A DNA stretch of 64,000 bases, taken from Iphione sp. A-MEVVRFRX5. Taxonomy: Eukaryota. Shown here piece after piece: positions 47,615-60,974 of the stretch. The notes beneath the pieces were generated by a model. It did not search any database. It was not told where the DNA came from and was given only the letters and a program-made list of their open reading frames with translations. Location: the NCBI GenBank assembly GCA_976226885.1, contig OZ320321.1, forward strand, positions 2,046,001 to 2,110,000, in the 5' to 3' direction. The translations under genes and the position numbers were made by a program. Positions within the stretch are counted from its first letter, which is position 1. Every line of letters begins with the position of its first letter.

Positions 47615-49225
47615 ATTTAAGACTGGCCTCAATTTATTAGGGTGGAGGGTGTGATAATTTAAGACTGGGCTCTAGTTATTAGTGGAGGGTGTGGTAATTT
47701 AAGACTAGGTTCTAGTTATTAGTGGAGGGTGTGGTAATTTAAGACCGAGCTCTAGTTATTAGTGGAGGGCGGAGTAATTTAAGACTGTGCTCTAGTTATT
47801 GGTGCAGGGTGTGGTAATTTAAGACTGAGCTCCAGTTATTAGTAGAGATGTGATAATTTAAGACTGGGCTCTAGTTATTAGTAGAGGGTGTGGTGATTAA
47901 GACTGAGCTCTAGTTATTAGTGGAGGGTGTGGTAATTTAAGACTGAGCTCCAGTTATTAGTGGAGGGCGGAGTAATTTAAGACTGGGCTCTAGTTATTAG
48001 TGGAGGGCGGAGTAATTTAAGACTGGGCTCTAGTTATTAGTAGAGATGTGATAATTTAAGACTAGGTTCTAGTTATTAGTGGAGGGTGTGGTGATTTAAG
48101 ACTGAGCTCTAGTTATTAGTGGAGGGTGTGGTAATTTAAGACTGGGCTCTAGTTATTAGTGGAGGGTGTGGTAATTTAAGACTGGGCTCTAGTTATTAGT
48201 GGAGGGTGTGGTGATTAAGACTGAGCTCTAGTTATTAGTGGAGGGTGTGGTAATTTAAGACTGAGCTCCAGTTATTAGTGGAGGGCGGAGTAATTTAAGA
48301 CTGGGCTCTAGTTATTAGTGGAGGGCGGAGTAATTTAAGACTGGGCTCTAGTTATTAGTAGAGATGTGATAATTTAAGACTAGGTTCTAGTTATTAGTGG
48401 AGGGTGTGGTGATTTAAGACTGAGCTCTAGTTATTAGTGGAGGGTGTGGTAATTTAAGACTGGGCTCTAGTTATTAGTGGAGGGTGTGGTAATTTAAGAC
48501 TGGGCTCTAGTTATTAGTGGAGGGTGTGGTAATTTAAGACTGGGCTCTAGTTATTAGTGGAGGGTGTGGTAATTTAAGACTAGGTTCTAGTTATTAGTGG
48601 AGGGTGTGGTAATTTAAGACTGGGCTCTAGTTATTAGTAGAGGGTGTGGTAATTTAAGACCGGGCTCTAGTTATTAGTGGAGGGTGTGGTAAAATAAGAC
48701 TGGGCTCTAGTTATTAGTGGAGGGTGTGGTAATTTAAGACTGGGTTCTAGTTATTAGTGGAGGGTGTGGTAATTTAAGACCGAGCTCTAGTTATTAGTGG
48801 AGGGAGTGGTAATTTAAGACTGAGCTCCAGTTATTAGTGGAGGGTGTGGTAATTTAAGACTGGGCTCTAGTTATTAGTGGAGGGTGTGGTAATTTAAGAC
48901 TGGGCTCTAGTTATTAGTAGAGGGTGTGGTAATTTAAGACCGAGCTCTAGTTATTAGTGGAGGGCGGAGTAATTTAAGACTGTGCTCCAGTTATTAGTGG
49001 AGGGTGTGGTAATTTAAGACTGGGCTCTAGTTATTAGTGGAGGGCGGAGTAATTTAAGACTGAGCTCTAGTTATTAGTGGAGGGTGTGGTAATTTAAGAC
49101 TGGGTTCTAGTTATTAGTGGAGGGTGTGGTAATTTAAGACCGAGCTCTAGTTATTAGTGGAGGGTGGAGTAATTTCAAACTAAGATCAAATTATTCATGC
49201 AGGGTGTGGTAATTTAAGACTGACA
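47615..49225. repeat. Minisatellite, 40-bp unit, about 40 copies
   Basis: aagactgggctctagttattagtggagggtgtggtaattt. Confidence 0.97.
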
Positions 49226-49723
49226 CTCATGGGTTAGTGCCAGGTGTGGGAACTCATTAATTGTTAAGGTCCTAATGTCAACCAACCTAAGCTAGTCTCT
49301 TTTTCCATAGAAGAATTAGATATCTTTATCACATGACCTAGACAACAATCAAAGCCCAATATGACACAAAAACATATCAAACGCACAGGTATGCACAATA
49401 TTACTAGCGAGGGATGAAGCATTAGATGATTTTTCGGGGATGTGATCTTTAAAAGCAGGAATAGGACAGTGTTGTTAGGTTGGACTATTTCAACAACTTG
49501 ATCAGCATAAATAGCGTATCTGTGTTGCATGTACTTAACTCGAGTGTTTTCACCTAGCAATTCAATGTACCAATGAAAATCACCCAATGATGATATACCT
49601 GACACACAAGATGTCCTCGGAGGACATGGTTTGACTGTCCTTGAAGCATGGGGAAGCAGCCATTCAGTTGCATCAGCTTCAACAACCAACGCGTACAAAT
49701 CACTAGTCAGAGTAAACCTCCAA

Positions 49724-50120
49724 GGTATGTAGGTATGTACACAAGCCCGATAGTGTTATCCTAGGCCAAGGTCACACTTGAGTAGGTATGTACACAAGTC
49801 AAACGGCATTATCTTAGGCCAAGGTCACACTTGATTAGGTATGTACGCAAGCCCAATAGTATTATCCTAGGCCAAGGTCACACTTGAGTAGGTATGTACA
49901 CAAGCCCAGTGGCATTATCCTAGGTCAAGGTCACACTTGATTAGGTATGTACACAAGCCCAGTGGCATTATCCTAGGTCAAGGTCACACTTGATTAGGTA
50001 TGTACACAAGCCCAGTGGCATTATCCTAGGTCAAGGTCACACTTGAGTATGTACACAAACCCAGTGGCATTATCCTAGGTCAAGGTCACACTTGAGTAGG
50101 TATGTACACAAGCCCAGCAG
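49724..50120. repeat. Minisatellite, about 53-bp unit
   Basis: aggtatgtacacaagcccagtggcattatcctaggtcaaggtcacacttgatt. Confidence 0.9.
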
Positions 50121-51184
50121 GATGCTATGATATATCAAACTCACGACTGGGTGCTACACGCTTCAGTTGGTGGAAAGAATCTTAGAATACTGTCAATCTT
50201 CACTGAAGTTGGTGACTACCACACCTACAGTACAATTTTAATCCAGGACATGGCGCCAAAAGAGATGGTAATGCTGTGTTTTTAAAGCGGAAAATAGTAT
50301 TCCATCATACAGTCTTACTGTTCTTAGTTTATAACCTGGTAAACGTGCAATGCTGACGCCATTTTTGGCCCAGGAGGTAGGCTCAGCACAATCCAGACTA
50401 ATTTCAACATAAAATCTAGTTCAGTTTGAAACTACATGTATTATTCTTTTATAAGTACTTTTCATGTACAGTTGAAGGAAAACCTTATTCCTACTAGAAG
50501 TTTTCTCTCGTGAACAGGCAGCAATGTAAACTAGCAAAAATTACAAAAATCAGAAAAGGAATATTCAGCTAAGGGACTTGTTAAGGGACTAAGTTTACTT
50601 AATTAATGCACTATATGTGTGTACTTAATGCCATGTAAGCAAAATGTTTCCAAGGACAAATGGTTGCTTATTTATAGAAAAACTTATTTCGGAGAATAAA
50701 ATGAACAGAACATAGCATTTAGTTTGCTATTTTTGGATAGTGTGGGTAGTCGGTGTATACAAGTCGATACTATAAAATATTCCAAAACTGAGATGAGTAC
50801 ATATCACATAAGCCTAAGATGTGATGAACATCAAAACATATACACTAACACACTAAAAATATATTGTAATTAACTCTCAATCTGGGGATCGCAAGCTGCG
50901 ATATCATACGCTATCATCGCTCAGATGAAACTTGTTTAGCAGATGATCCTGTAAACAAGCCAGGAGAACATATAGTGTATAATAATTTAAAGTTGTACAT
51001 ACATGTAACTATCTAAAGAAGTATTCTGATTCATATCAAACATACGCTGATAATTATGGCAACTGGTGAACTAGCCTAGAGAGGAGGACTGGAATTGCCC
51101 ACGGGTCCCAACAGAAGGTGGAGGCTAGAGCTGCTGACCACAGCATCACACTGGAACCTAGCTGGCAAACACATCGCAACGGCT

Positions 51185-51545
51185 GGATATGCAACTTCCT
51201 AACACAATGAAAGGAGCACATTATAATAGTGCATGTTCTGCTTTGTGCTGCGACAGGCGTGTGTTTACCAGGGGAGGAGGGGGGATATACTGAAGAAGGC
51301 TCATCATTGGCTGGATATGAAACTTTCAAACACACTGATTGAAGTGAGCACATTATAATAGTGCATGTACTGCTTTGTGCTGCAACAGGCGTGTGTTTAC
51401 CAGGGAAGGAGGGGGGATATACTGAAGAAGGCTCATCCTTGGCTGGATATGAAACTTTCAAACACAATGAAAGGAGCACATTATAATAGCACATGTACTG
51501 CTTCAGTGTGTGACCGGTGTGTGTTTACCAGGGGATGAGGGGGCC
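51185..51545. repeat. Tandem repeat, about 132-bp unit, 2-3 copies
   Basis: gatatgaaactttcaaacac at 51314 and 51446. Confidence 0.85.
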
Positions 51546-52071
51546 TTGGTGTGCATTATTTACAATCTTCTCAACTGTAATGTACACAATCATCACTCAG
51601 TTATCTTGATGGCTATATTACAAAACAATTCCATCTTGGTGAGGAAGAATCATGGTAAGATACATATGAAAATACCACAACCATCCAATTTAAACCTCAT
51701 AACTGCTCTCCATAACGAAGCCTTCTGGACCTGGGTGTCGTGGTAGACGAGTTCTGAGTCAAGCAAAGCCATGTAGGGGACAACATTAAAATCAGACAAC
51801 TAAAGCCACTCGGTAAACCATGCAATAGACTAAAGCTGGATTTCACATCATGTTATGCAGTCTCACACAGTAGGACATCTCCAGTACTACGGGTAATACC
51901 TCACACAATACAGCCCTGTGTACTAGTACACTGCACATACTGCAGCCTCACACAGTAGGACATCTCCAGAGTAATCCTGGGGTTACAAAGACCAAGTCTC
52001 TAAGCTACCAATTCTGATGCTGAAATATCTTACTGGAAGTGGACCTACAGAGTTATAAGCAGTGTGACCTG

Positions 52072-52550
52072 ACTCAGCCCCAGCGCAGTGTGGACTTCAT
52101 GCAGTCACTATCACATAGAGACAGACAGACAGGCACACTCGGCCTCAGCATAATGTGGACTTCATGTAAGGACTATCACAGAGAGACAGACAGATAGGCA
52201 GATAGGCATGCTCAGCCCCAGGATAGTGCGGACTTCATGGAGTCACTATCACAGGGAGACAGACAGACAGGCATGCTCAGCCCCAGCGTAGTGTGGACTT
52301 CATGGAGTCACTATTACGGGGAGACAGACAGACAGGCATGCTCAGCCCCAGTGTAGTGCAGATTTCATATAATCACTATCACAGGGAGTCAGACAGACAG
52401 GCAGACAGGCACACTCAGCCCCAGCGTAGTGCGGACTTCATGTAATGACAATCACAGGGAGACAGGCAGACAGGCACACTCGGCCCCAGCATAGTGCGGA
52501 CTTCATGGAGTCACTATCATGGAGAGGCAGACAGACAGGCAGACAGGCAG
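52072..52550. repeat. Diverged minisatellite, about 65-75-bp unit
   Basis: ctcagccccagc.tagtg.ggacttcatg...agacagacaggca. Confidence 0.85.
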
Positions 52551-52854
52551 AGTGTGTATGTACATAACGCAAGATCTGTGGATAAGTTATGTTTTAAAGC
52601 CACGTTATATGTACGATTAGTCCTTTGTTGCACGTAGGCAACAGCTGCCCAGGGTGAGGTCCCCGTCCCTGGAGTAGGGGTTTATGCTGTTGTAGCAACC
52701 TAGCAAAAAGAGAGTGAAAATATCAGCGATTCCACTGGAATCCAGCAGGATAAGAGTTTCATGTCAGCGATGTCTCCAAATACAGTGACACGTTACCAAT
52801 AAGGATGGCTCAGACCCATTAGAACACATAATAGCCGGCTGGGTGCCTCCATAC

Positions 52855-53390
52855 ATGACCACCTCGTCCCAGTCTGGTGAGGTCTGGGGACCTCGTCAAT
52901 GACCATGCACACTACCACCTTGTCCCCCTCTGGTGAGGTTTGCATGCCTCCCCATTGAACACACACGATTACCTTGCCCCCCTCTGGTGAGATCTATGTG
53001 CCTCCTAAATGAACACACACATGGCCACCTCATCCGCCTCTGGTGAGGCCTGGGTGCCTCCTTAATGACCATGCACACGGCCACCTGGTCCAGTGAGATC
53101 TGTGTGCCTCCTAAATGAACACACACATGGCCACCTCGTCCCCCTTTGGTCAGGTTTGCTTGCCTCCCCATTGAACACACACACGGCCACCTCGTCCCTC
53201 TCTGCTGAGGTCTGGGAGCCTCCCCACTGAACACACACACAACCACCTCGTCCCCCTCTGCTGAGGTCTGGGTGCCTCCTTAATGACCACACACACAACC
53301 ACCTCACCCCCCTCTGGTGAGATCTGTGTGCCTCCTAAATGAACACACACACGACCACCTTGTCCCCCTCTGGTGAGGTCTGGGTGCCTG
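52855..53390. repeat. Diverged minisatellite, about 50-55-bp unit
   Basis: ccacctcgtccccctctggtgagg...tgcctcc...tgaacacacacac. Confidence 0.85.
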
Positions 53391-53784
53391 TCTCATCTTA
53401 CCTCATGCACCTCCTTTACAAAAAATATGGTAGAAGGTACAGCAACCCCTCAAGCATCAAATGAGAAGTTTAATTTTCACATTAAGTCACACAGAAGGAC
53501 TTTCTCATTAAAAGCAAGCACCCAGCTGAATAAAACAGCAATAATCCAAGATCTTCATAAACACAAGACTAAAGCTTCGTATGAAGAAATACGGCGCAGA
53601 AAGGTTCAGGGAACAAGAGAGAGGGAGGCCGAGAAAGAAAACGGAGAGACTGAGAACAAGAGACATGGCGGCTGTAACCTCATATCGCAATATTCTTTGG
53701 TATTCAATCAAAATTCAATACAACGGAACTGTCGGATTAGAAGGGTTTAGTACAACATTGGTTTCTTGATATCTACAAGCGAGC

Positions 53785-53792
53785 AAATATGT

Positions 53793-53844
<52 letters not shown>
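53785..53844. repeat. (GT)30 microsatellite
   Basis: Perfect dinucleotide run. Confidence 0.98.
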
Positions 53845-53848
<4 letters not shown>

Positions 53849-54503
53849 GCCAGTGCCATCTGTTTAACAACATTCATTCTTTCAGATCGTCTCGGAGTTG
53901 TTATGGTTACAGGATGAACAGAATTAAACTCCGATAACTGGTTGCGAAGCCACGACGGTTCAAGTTTGGATTCAGTATCCCATTCATTAATAATAGCAGA
54001 TAAGATTTCATCCAATGTCAGTTAACCGGGATAACTCGGGCTCGTGCTAACACGAATAAGGGGAGAATCTTGGGGTGACGGCCATGGTAGCAGCAACTGT
54101 CAGTGCACTACATGTAGAGACATTCTGTGACAGGAGTTTCTTGATGACGTCCAGGGTTTCCAAGGGAACCCCCAGCGAGCAGGCGCCGGTCTGTCTTCAC
54201 CTCTACACGGTGAGTGTCTCTCGTCCAGCCTTGTACCATCACACCGGTGAATCTCTCGTCTACTCACTGAGAGATTCAAGAGACACCTGGCGGTCGGGGT
54301 GTCACACTGCCCAGCAGGAGCCGCCCCAAGCACCAGCACTAGATCACGTGACCACCGACAGTCCAGCGTCACGGCGTCGACTTAGAGTGTCAGTTGGACA
54401 TTCTGACTAGGATGAAGGGAGGCCATCTGCGCATGCGTGGCCCTCCTGCTGACCAGTGAGGAGTGGGCGGTGGTGGTGGTGGGGGGCGGGGAGTGGGCGG
54501 AGT

Positions 54504-54675
54504 CTATTCGGTGGGGCTGTGGGAGGGGGTACCCGTGCGGTCAGCCAAGCCCAGCAAGTAACCTGTCGTCTCGTAGGCCATCTCGTTCTGATCGGGTTTT
54601 TCCGTGAGTACCCAGGTGTCATCGCGCGCGTCGACTGCGGCTCTGCAGATCGGGCACGTCTTGTGGTTGACGTTC
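54504..54675 (-). CDS. RNF141: RNF141 coding exon 5 (last)
   Basis: tttcag acceptor; (W)NVNHKTCPICRAAVDARDDTWVLTEKPDQNEMAYETTGYLLGLADRTGTPSHSPTE*. Completes the C3HC4 RING. Confidence 0.9.
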
Positions 54676-56019
54676 CTGAAAGAGAAACAGAGTGTCCAGA
54701 TGAGGGAGGCTAAGCAGAAACTTCAACTTCAAGAATCCAAATATACCATTCTTGAAGTCGGCAATCCGGGCACTTCTAGCTTGTAGCATGTAAACAAACA
54801 GCTGTCAAAGCTGATTTCTCACTAATTTAAAAAGCATCATATGGTTTCATTGTGAACAGTGTATAAGTTAACCCTTAATGTAACTGATCACATTAGTGTT
54901 CAGAGTAAAATACTCTTCTAAAAGTTTTAATTTAGCAAAAATACTGCAGAGGTGAAGAGTGGGTGATAATCAGGTAGTTTCTACATATTCTAATATAAAC
55001 TCTAAGGCCTGGTGAAAACAATCTAATGATAAATTTGACATATGCACTTAATCTAGAGGTAGTTCTACATGTATTGTCATCATGATATCATTGTTACCTC
55101 TGAAATCATTGCCAACTGATTATTATAGGCATAAACATTATAATAGTTCAAAGAGAGAAACCCACTTGTTTTCACCTCCACCCCAGGCAACCTGACCTAT
55201 ATGTGACTAAGCTACAAGCCTTATCAGTGACTGTGACGTCATGCCGACTTGTAGAATGGTAAACCGGGGATGACCTTTCATGCTGGGGTCATGGCAGCTG
55301 GTATGAACGGTCATTTCACTACAGGTACCAATACGGGGGACTAAACAGACACTGCAGGCAATATTATGAAGACTACTTGCTGTTTCCAGGTCAAAATAAA
55401 GAGGACTATACAGTCAATACAGTAACAAACTTCTATAGCCTACAAGCTATTCTGCTCTAGTTTTGTGCTGCAAGTATAACGACAGGCCTCAAAATGGTTC
55501 TTATAGAAAAATCCTTCAAAGGTTCAGTTGGTATAGAAACCATCATATCACGTAAATACGAGCGACGACTAAGGAAATTTAATGAACTGTATATAAAGTG
55601 GCAACAAGGATCTACAGGGTCTATTGTCTCCCGCCCGCCATTCAATCAAATGGAACTATTTGCTTCCCGTTGGTCCAGCAGACTCTGACATCTACCTAGC
55701 TCCCTGGTCTCCCGTATGTGCATGTCGCTATTTTTCCCTCATTTTTGTAATGTAAAATTCTCTGAATTATATCAGAATAAACCAGTAGCAAGTATCCATA
55801 TAGTAGAACATCACATTAAGAAATCATGCAAATTGACTGAATGGCACAGGAGGAGACAGAAGCACAAGACTGTCATGGAGGGTCGGGCAGTCGGACAGCA
55901 GTGACCCTACGGTCTTCCCCTCTAGAAAGCGGCAGACAAACTGCTACTTCCAGGTACATACTGAAGATCTATAGTTGTCCGGTAAGTTTTAAAGACAGAA
56001 CGGAAACGAGTGGAAATCT

Positions 56020-56078
<59 letters not shown>

Positions 56079-56090
56079 GGATGGATAGAT
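56020..56090. repeat. (GATA)n microsatellite in RNF141 intron 4
   Basis: Direct tetranucleotide run. Confidence 0.97.
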
Positions 56091-56552
56091 ACACAGACAA
56101 ACACATACAGCACTCCTCAGGAGGTGGGGTGGTCAGGTAATGAACACGGCCATAACAAGCCCAGTCAAAGGCATCGACTGGACCTTCAGGTCGTGGAAAA
56201 GACATAACTATAATTGACTGGCTCCAAATAATCCAAATACGTAACTAATAGGTTAACTTCAAAAGAAATTAAAAAAAAGTTTTTTTTACGTAGGTGTGTG
56301 TGACAAAATACATGTTTAAATAGCTCCTACATAAAATCAAGAGATTAAATTTACATAAGAGATGAAAGTCACAGTCGTAACATAAAAAGGTGCGTTTTTG
56401 TGATATGTTCAGATCATTAACGAAAAGAACAAGAAGTGAGAGAGGGTCTGATTAGTATATACCAGGAACCAAGTACCGACAGAGGGTTATGGGGTTAAAG
56501 TTCCCTCTGTGCATCCCTCACATGACTGCCACGTGGAGCAGTGCTCTCTTAC

Positions 56553-56672
56553 CATTCATCGATGCACTGCTCGCAGTAGGTGTGGGAGCAGGCAAGAATC
56601 ACTTGAGACTTGCGGTCCATACAGATGCAGCATTCTTCTGTTTCTGTTTCTGTTTGTGTTTGATTGTCCAAT
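56553..56672 (-). CDS. RNF141: RNF141 coding exon 4 (RING N-terminal half)
   Basis: ttccag acceptor, gtaag donor, 120 nt, phase 2-2; [39 protein letters not shown](W). Confidence 0.92.
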
Positions 56673-56739
56673 CTGGAAAAATACACATATAAATCTGTCA
56701 AAACTATGCTTAATATCTGTCACTGCTACTGCCTCCTTC

Positions 56740-57330
56740 TATACTATTTTATCATTGTATATTATTTACCTTGTCTACCTGTATGAGTTACCTTAATTAC
56801 CTTGCCTACCTATATCGCTTACCTTACTTAAAGTATTAACCTTTATCATCTCTGTATATTATTTACCTTGTCTACCTGTATGACTTACCTTAATTACCTT
56901 GCCTACCTGTATGCCTTATCTTACTTATACTATTAGTCTTTATCTTTGTACATTACCTTGTCTACCTGTATGACTTACTTTACTTATTGTATTAACCTTT
57001 ATCTTTGTATATTACCTTGTCTACCTGTATGTCTTGCCTTACTAACCTTGGCTACCTGTATGTCATACCTTACTTATAGTATTAACCTTTATCTCTGCAT
57101 ATTAGCTTGTCTACCTGTATGACTTACCTTACTTGTTGTATGAACCTTTTAATTTTCTGTACATGTATTTCTTACCTTATCTACCTGTATGACATGTCTT
57201 ACTTATTGTATTAACCTGTATCTCTGTACTTCTTACCTTGTCTACCTGTATGACTTACCATACTTATTGTTTTAACTTGCATCTCTGTATTTCTTACCTT
57301 GTCTACCTATAGGACTTACCTTACATATTT
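56740..57330. repeat. Diverged minisatellite, about 59-bp unit (RNF141 intron 3)
   Basis: ttaccttgtctacctgtatgacttaccttac recurs. Confidence 0.85.
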
Positions 57331-57539
57331 TAGTTACATGTATATGTGTACAGTATATATGAATATTCGAAGTGCACTGTCTCTTCAACCTTTACTGTTT
57401 TTGTATCAGATGTAGTTTACATTATCAAATATTACGTGAGTAATTTCTTTTTTGTAGAGAATGCAGTTACGCAAAAAGAATATTGTGAATGCGAACCAGG
57501 CCCATGACGGGCCACTTTACTGCAGGAATGAGAAGTTAA

Positions 57540-58590
57540 CAACAGTCTGTTGTCAATCTACTCCCACTGATGCAGTCTGTTGTCAATCTACTCCCACTGA
57601 TGCAGTCTGGTGTCAGTCTACTCCCACTGATGCAGTCTGGTGTCAGTCTACTCCCACTGATGCAGTCTGGTGTCAGTCTACTCCCACTGATGCAGTCTGG
57701 TGTCAGTCTACTCCCACTGATGCAGTCTGGTGTCGATCTACTCCCACTGATGCAGTCTGGTGTCAGTCTACTCCCACTGATGCAGTCTGGTGTCGGTCTA
57801 TTCTCACTGATGCAGTCGGGTGTCGGTCTTCTCCCACTGATGCAGTCTGGTGTCAGTCTGGTGTCGATCTACTCCCACTGATGCAGTCTGGTGTCAGTCT
57901 ACTCCCACTGATGCAGTCTGGTGTTGATCTACTCCCACTGATGCAGTCTGGTGTCGGTCTACTCCCACTGATGCAGTCTGGTGTCGGTCTACTCCCACTG
58001 ATGCAGTCTGGTGTCGGTCTATTCTCACTGATGTAGTCTGGTGTCAATCTACTCCCACTGATGCAGTCTGGTGTCAATCTACTCCCACTGATGCAGTCTG
58101 GTGTCAGTCTACTCCCACTGATGCAGTCTGGTGTCAGTCTACTCCCACTGATGCAGTCTGGTGTCGGTCTACTCCCACTGATGCAGTCTGGTGTCGGTCT
58201 ATTCTCACTGATGTAGTCTGGTGTCAATCTACTCCCACTGATGCAGTCTGGTGTCGGTCTACTCCCACTGATGCAGTCTGGTGTCAATCTACTCCCACTG
58301 ATGCAGTCTGGTGTCAGTCTACTCCCACTGATGCAGTCTGGTGTCAATCTACTCCCACTGATGCAGTCTGGTGTCAGTCTACTCCCACTGATGCAGTCTG
58401 GTGTCAATCTACTCCCACTGATGCAGTCTGGTGTCAATCTACTCCCACTGATGCAGTCTGGTGTCGATCTATTCCCGCTGATGCAGTCTGGTGTTGGTCT
58501 AGTCCCACTGATGCAGGATTGAAATTGAAATTGAAAAATATTTTATTCCCATATGGATGGTGTTGGTCTACTCCCAATGATGCAGGATGG
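57540..58590. repeat. Minisatellite, 30-bp unit, about 34 copies (RNF141 intron 3)
   Basis: tgatgcagtctggtgtcagtctactcccac. Confidence 0.97.
58516..58558 (-). mobile_element. 35-bp LINE-tail-like insertion with 4-bp TSD inside the minisatellite
   Basis: ggat|tgaaattgaaattgaaaaatattttattcccatat|ggat; the minus strand reads AATAAA followed by (tttcaa)3. Confidence 0.55.
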
Positions 58591-58613
58591 CACTACTTTC
58601 TGTATTCACTTAC

Positions 58614-58768
58614 TCTGAAAGAATGATGGAAGCACAGAAGCCCTGGCTTGGTCCTCCAGACTGCACTGTGGCTAAAGATGCCTGTCTTGTGATTTCATTG
58701 TATAGATGGATGTACTGTTTCAAGTTGAGGAGGCGAGTGGATTCAATGGCTCCACTTTCACAGTTCAC
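58614..58768 (-). CDS. RNF141: RNF141 coding exon 3
   Basis: ttccag acceptor, gtaagt donor, 155 nt; VNCESGAIESTRLLNLKQYIHLYNEITRQASLATVQSGGPSQGFCASIILS(E). Confidence 0.9.
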
Positions 58769-60273
58769 CTGGAATAGCAGCGGGAAGATACTTGATCAAG
58801 TTTGAAGTTTCCTCCAGACAAGCTTCTAAAATGAGACACAGTTCAATTCAAACCAAATATGATCTGTTTCTTCACTTTACCTAAAAACATTACGGAGAAT
58901 GACCGCAAGAACTGGTCCAACTCTATGCTCGTGTATTCAGATTATCTACACTTCATAAGATTAATATGCCCTAGTATTCATATGCATTATTTTCCTACAT
59001 AATACATTTTGTGTATGCCACTCTCAGTGAGACAGATGTACTGGCACACAGATACTCCTGAGTATAAAGGTTTTCACTACATTTAGCAAATGTTAATATG
59101 GCTAGCACAACCAATATTATTGTATTGGCAATTGATCATAGTGTACAAATATGTACTAAAAATTCTGTACATAATCCAGAGTGATTAGGCCTCAAGGGGT
59201 ACCAATTTTCTGTTCGCCACCCTGTGTTGATATGGTGGGTTGCTTCCGTGATTATACTCAGGTAATTGTTCAGTCACCAACATAATCCATACACAGCAGT
59301 CGTACGGGGAGTATGCTTCAAACCGAGCCTCGCGAGATCTCCAGGGTAAACCACTTACTCTATATTCCTGTACTCTAAGAAGTCAATAGCATACATCATG
59401 GTTTAATCCACACATGCTCTGTACTCCCATGAAAACCTATTTACCTAAGGGCTGGGAGCAATAAAATCTTGATATCTTTGTGTAAATGCATATTTTTTTA
59501 CAGCGATAAGACTCCTGCATGGAATACTATAAATACAGAGTTTTTGCCATGAAGAAGATACTTAGAGACTGAAATTCAGAGCAACAAAGTTTATATCCCA
59601 AGTGCCCACATTTAGTTTTAGCATCATGAAAATGAGTAAATTATGGAAAACGGCTAGTTTGAAAGCAATGTACCTCCTCTGATAACATGTATCACAAGAT
59701 ATTTAATTGTTGTAAATGTTAATAACAGATTCATATCCAGAAAGATAATCTAAGTAGTCCAATCAAGATTTGTATTTTTATATAGTCCAAATATTGTACG
59801 TTTTTATACATATTTTCACAATTTCATAAATACCACATTTCTTTACATAAGATAATATTATGTTTAGAAATATTCTAAATGTATCTTAATATGATAGTTA
59901 ATACAAAGGTAGGCATGATTCTATCTTTATAATTCTTTGAGATATAGATTTTCAGACTTGCTTGGACTTTCACAGACTGAGATTACCTGTTGTTATGTGG
60001 TACACTGAAAGGTAGTACACACTGGACAACCCAGCAGCATTAATCTGATATAAATTTCTATCAGCTTTCTATGAGATGTGGCACTATCATGACACCAGTT
60101 TCAGAACAATCCGATCGGCAGTTCTGCTACTTCACAAATAGTATTGGAAGAAAAGAGCAGCTTTATTTCTAAGATCAAGGTTAGGTACAGATGAGACATC
60201 TGATTAGACATGAAAGAAGCAGTGCAGATCACGGAATTAATGAAAAGCATCAACATTTAGAAGAAGAACTTAC

Positions 60274-60382
60274 CTTGTGACATCTTATCCTCACCGTCCC
60301 CTTCCACAGTATGGTAACATCTGTGCCTTTCTTCACTTGGAACTGCAGCTGTTTGCCACTGACATCACAGAGTGCTTGTGCT
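60274..60382 (-). CDS. RNF141: RNF141 coding exon 2
   Basis: tag acceptor, gtaagt donor, 109 nt; AQALCDVSGKQLQFQVKKGTDVTILWKGTVRIRCHK. Confidence 0.88.
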
Positions 60383-60974
60383 CTATCCACAGGAAGGAGA
60401 AGCAGTCATGAGCTGATATCTCTACAAGACTCAAGGTGTCTAATTTGTTTTTTGTATTAACATTACCCGAAAAAAGCTGATTACAACCGATACCTCACAT
60501 GACGCCTCTCATAACATACACGAGTTCCAGTGAAAGCTTTACATTGAGGTTTTGCTCAATAAGGCTTTTTGTATTAGAATACTGCACAATCAAAATATTT
60601 GTTTTTTCTCTCTTATTCCCTTTCTCTTTTTATAATCCTTTTCTCTTTTTTCACTTTTTCGTCCTCCCTCGTTTGGCTTTCTCTCTCTTCCCCTACCTCT
60701 TTTTCCTACTTCCTATCTATCCATTTTAATGTCTTTTTTCCTTCCTTTCCTTTTCTCTTTGCTCGCTTTCACATTCCTATCTGTAACCCCTTTTTACTAT
60801 CCCTCTTCCTTTTTCTCTCCTGCTAACTCTCACTCCCTACTTTTCTACCTCCTTTCCTATATCTTCTTCTTTAATTTTTCCCCACTAATGAATGAAGAGA
60901 ACTGGAGGGAAACAGAAACAGAGTGAAGGAGGGAAATGAAAAGATAGGAACAGAGAAATGAAAGGAAATAGAGG

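Noticed and set aside
49264-49723. 144-aa minus-strand ORF and plus-strand exon-like segments (49310-49388, 49558-49723)
   Set aside because: No recognisable homology. The plus-strand segments need a stop and a frameshift to join, and one donor is simply the start of the adjacent minisatellite.
53373-54015. ORFs downstream of RNF141 (including acATGGCGGCT at about 53665)
   Set aside because: They are short, partly microsatellite-derived, have no recognisable product, and probably lie in or near the 3' UTR.
55440-55700. Short ORFs in RNF141 intron 4 as extra exons
   Set aside because: The five-exon model is already complete and in phase; the plus-strand GIETIISRKYERRLRKF looks like a LINE ORF2 C-terminal scrap.
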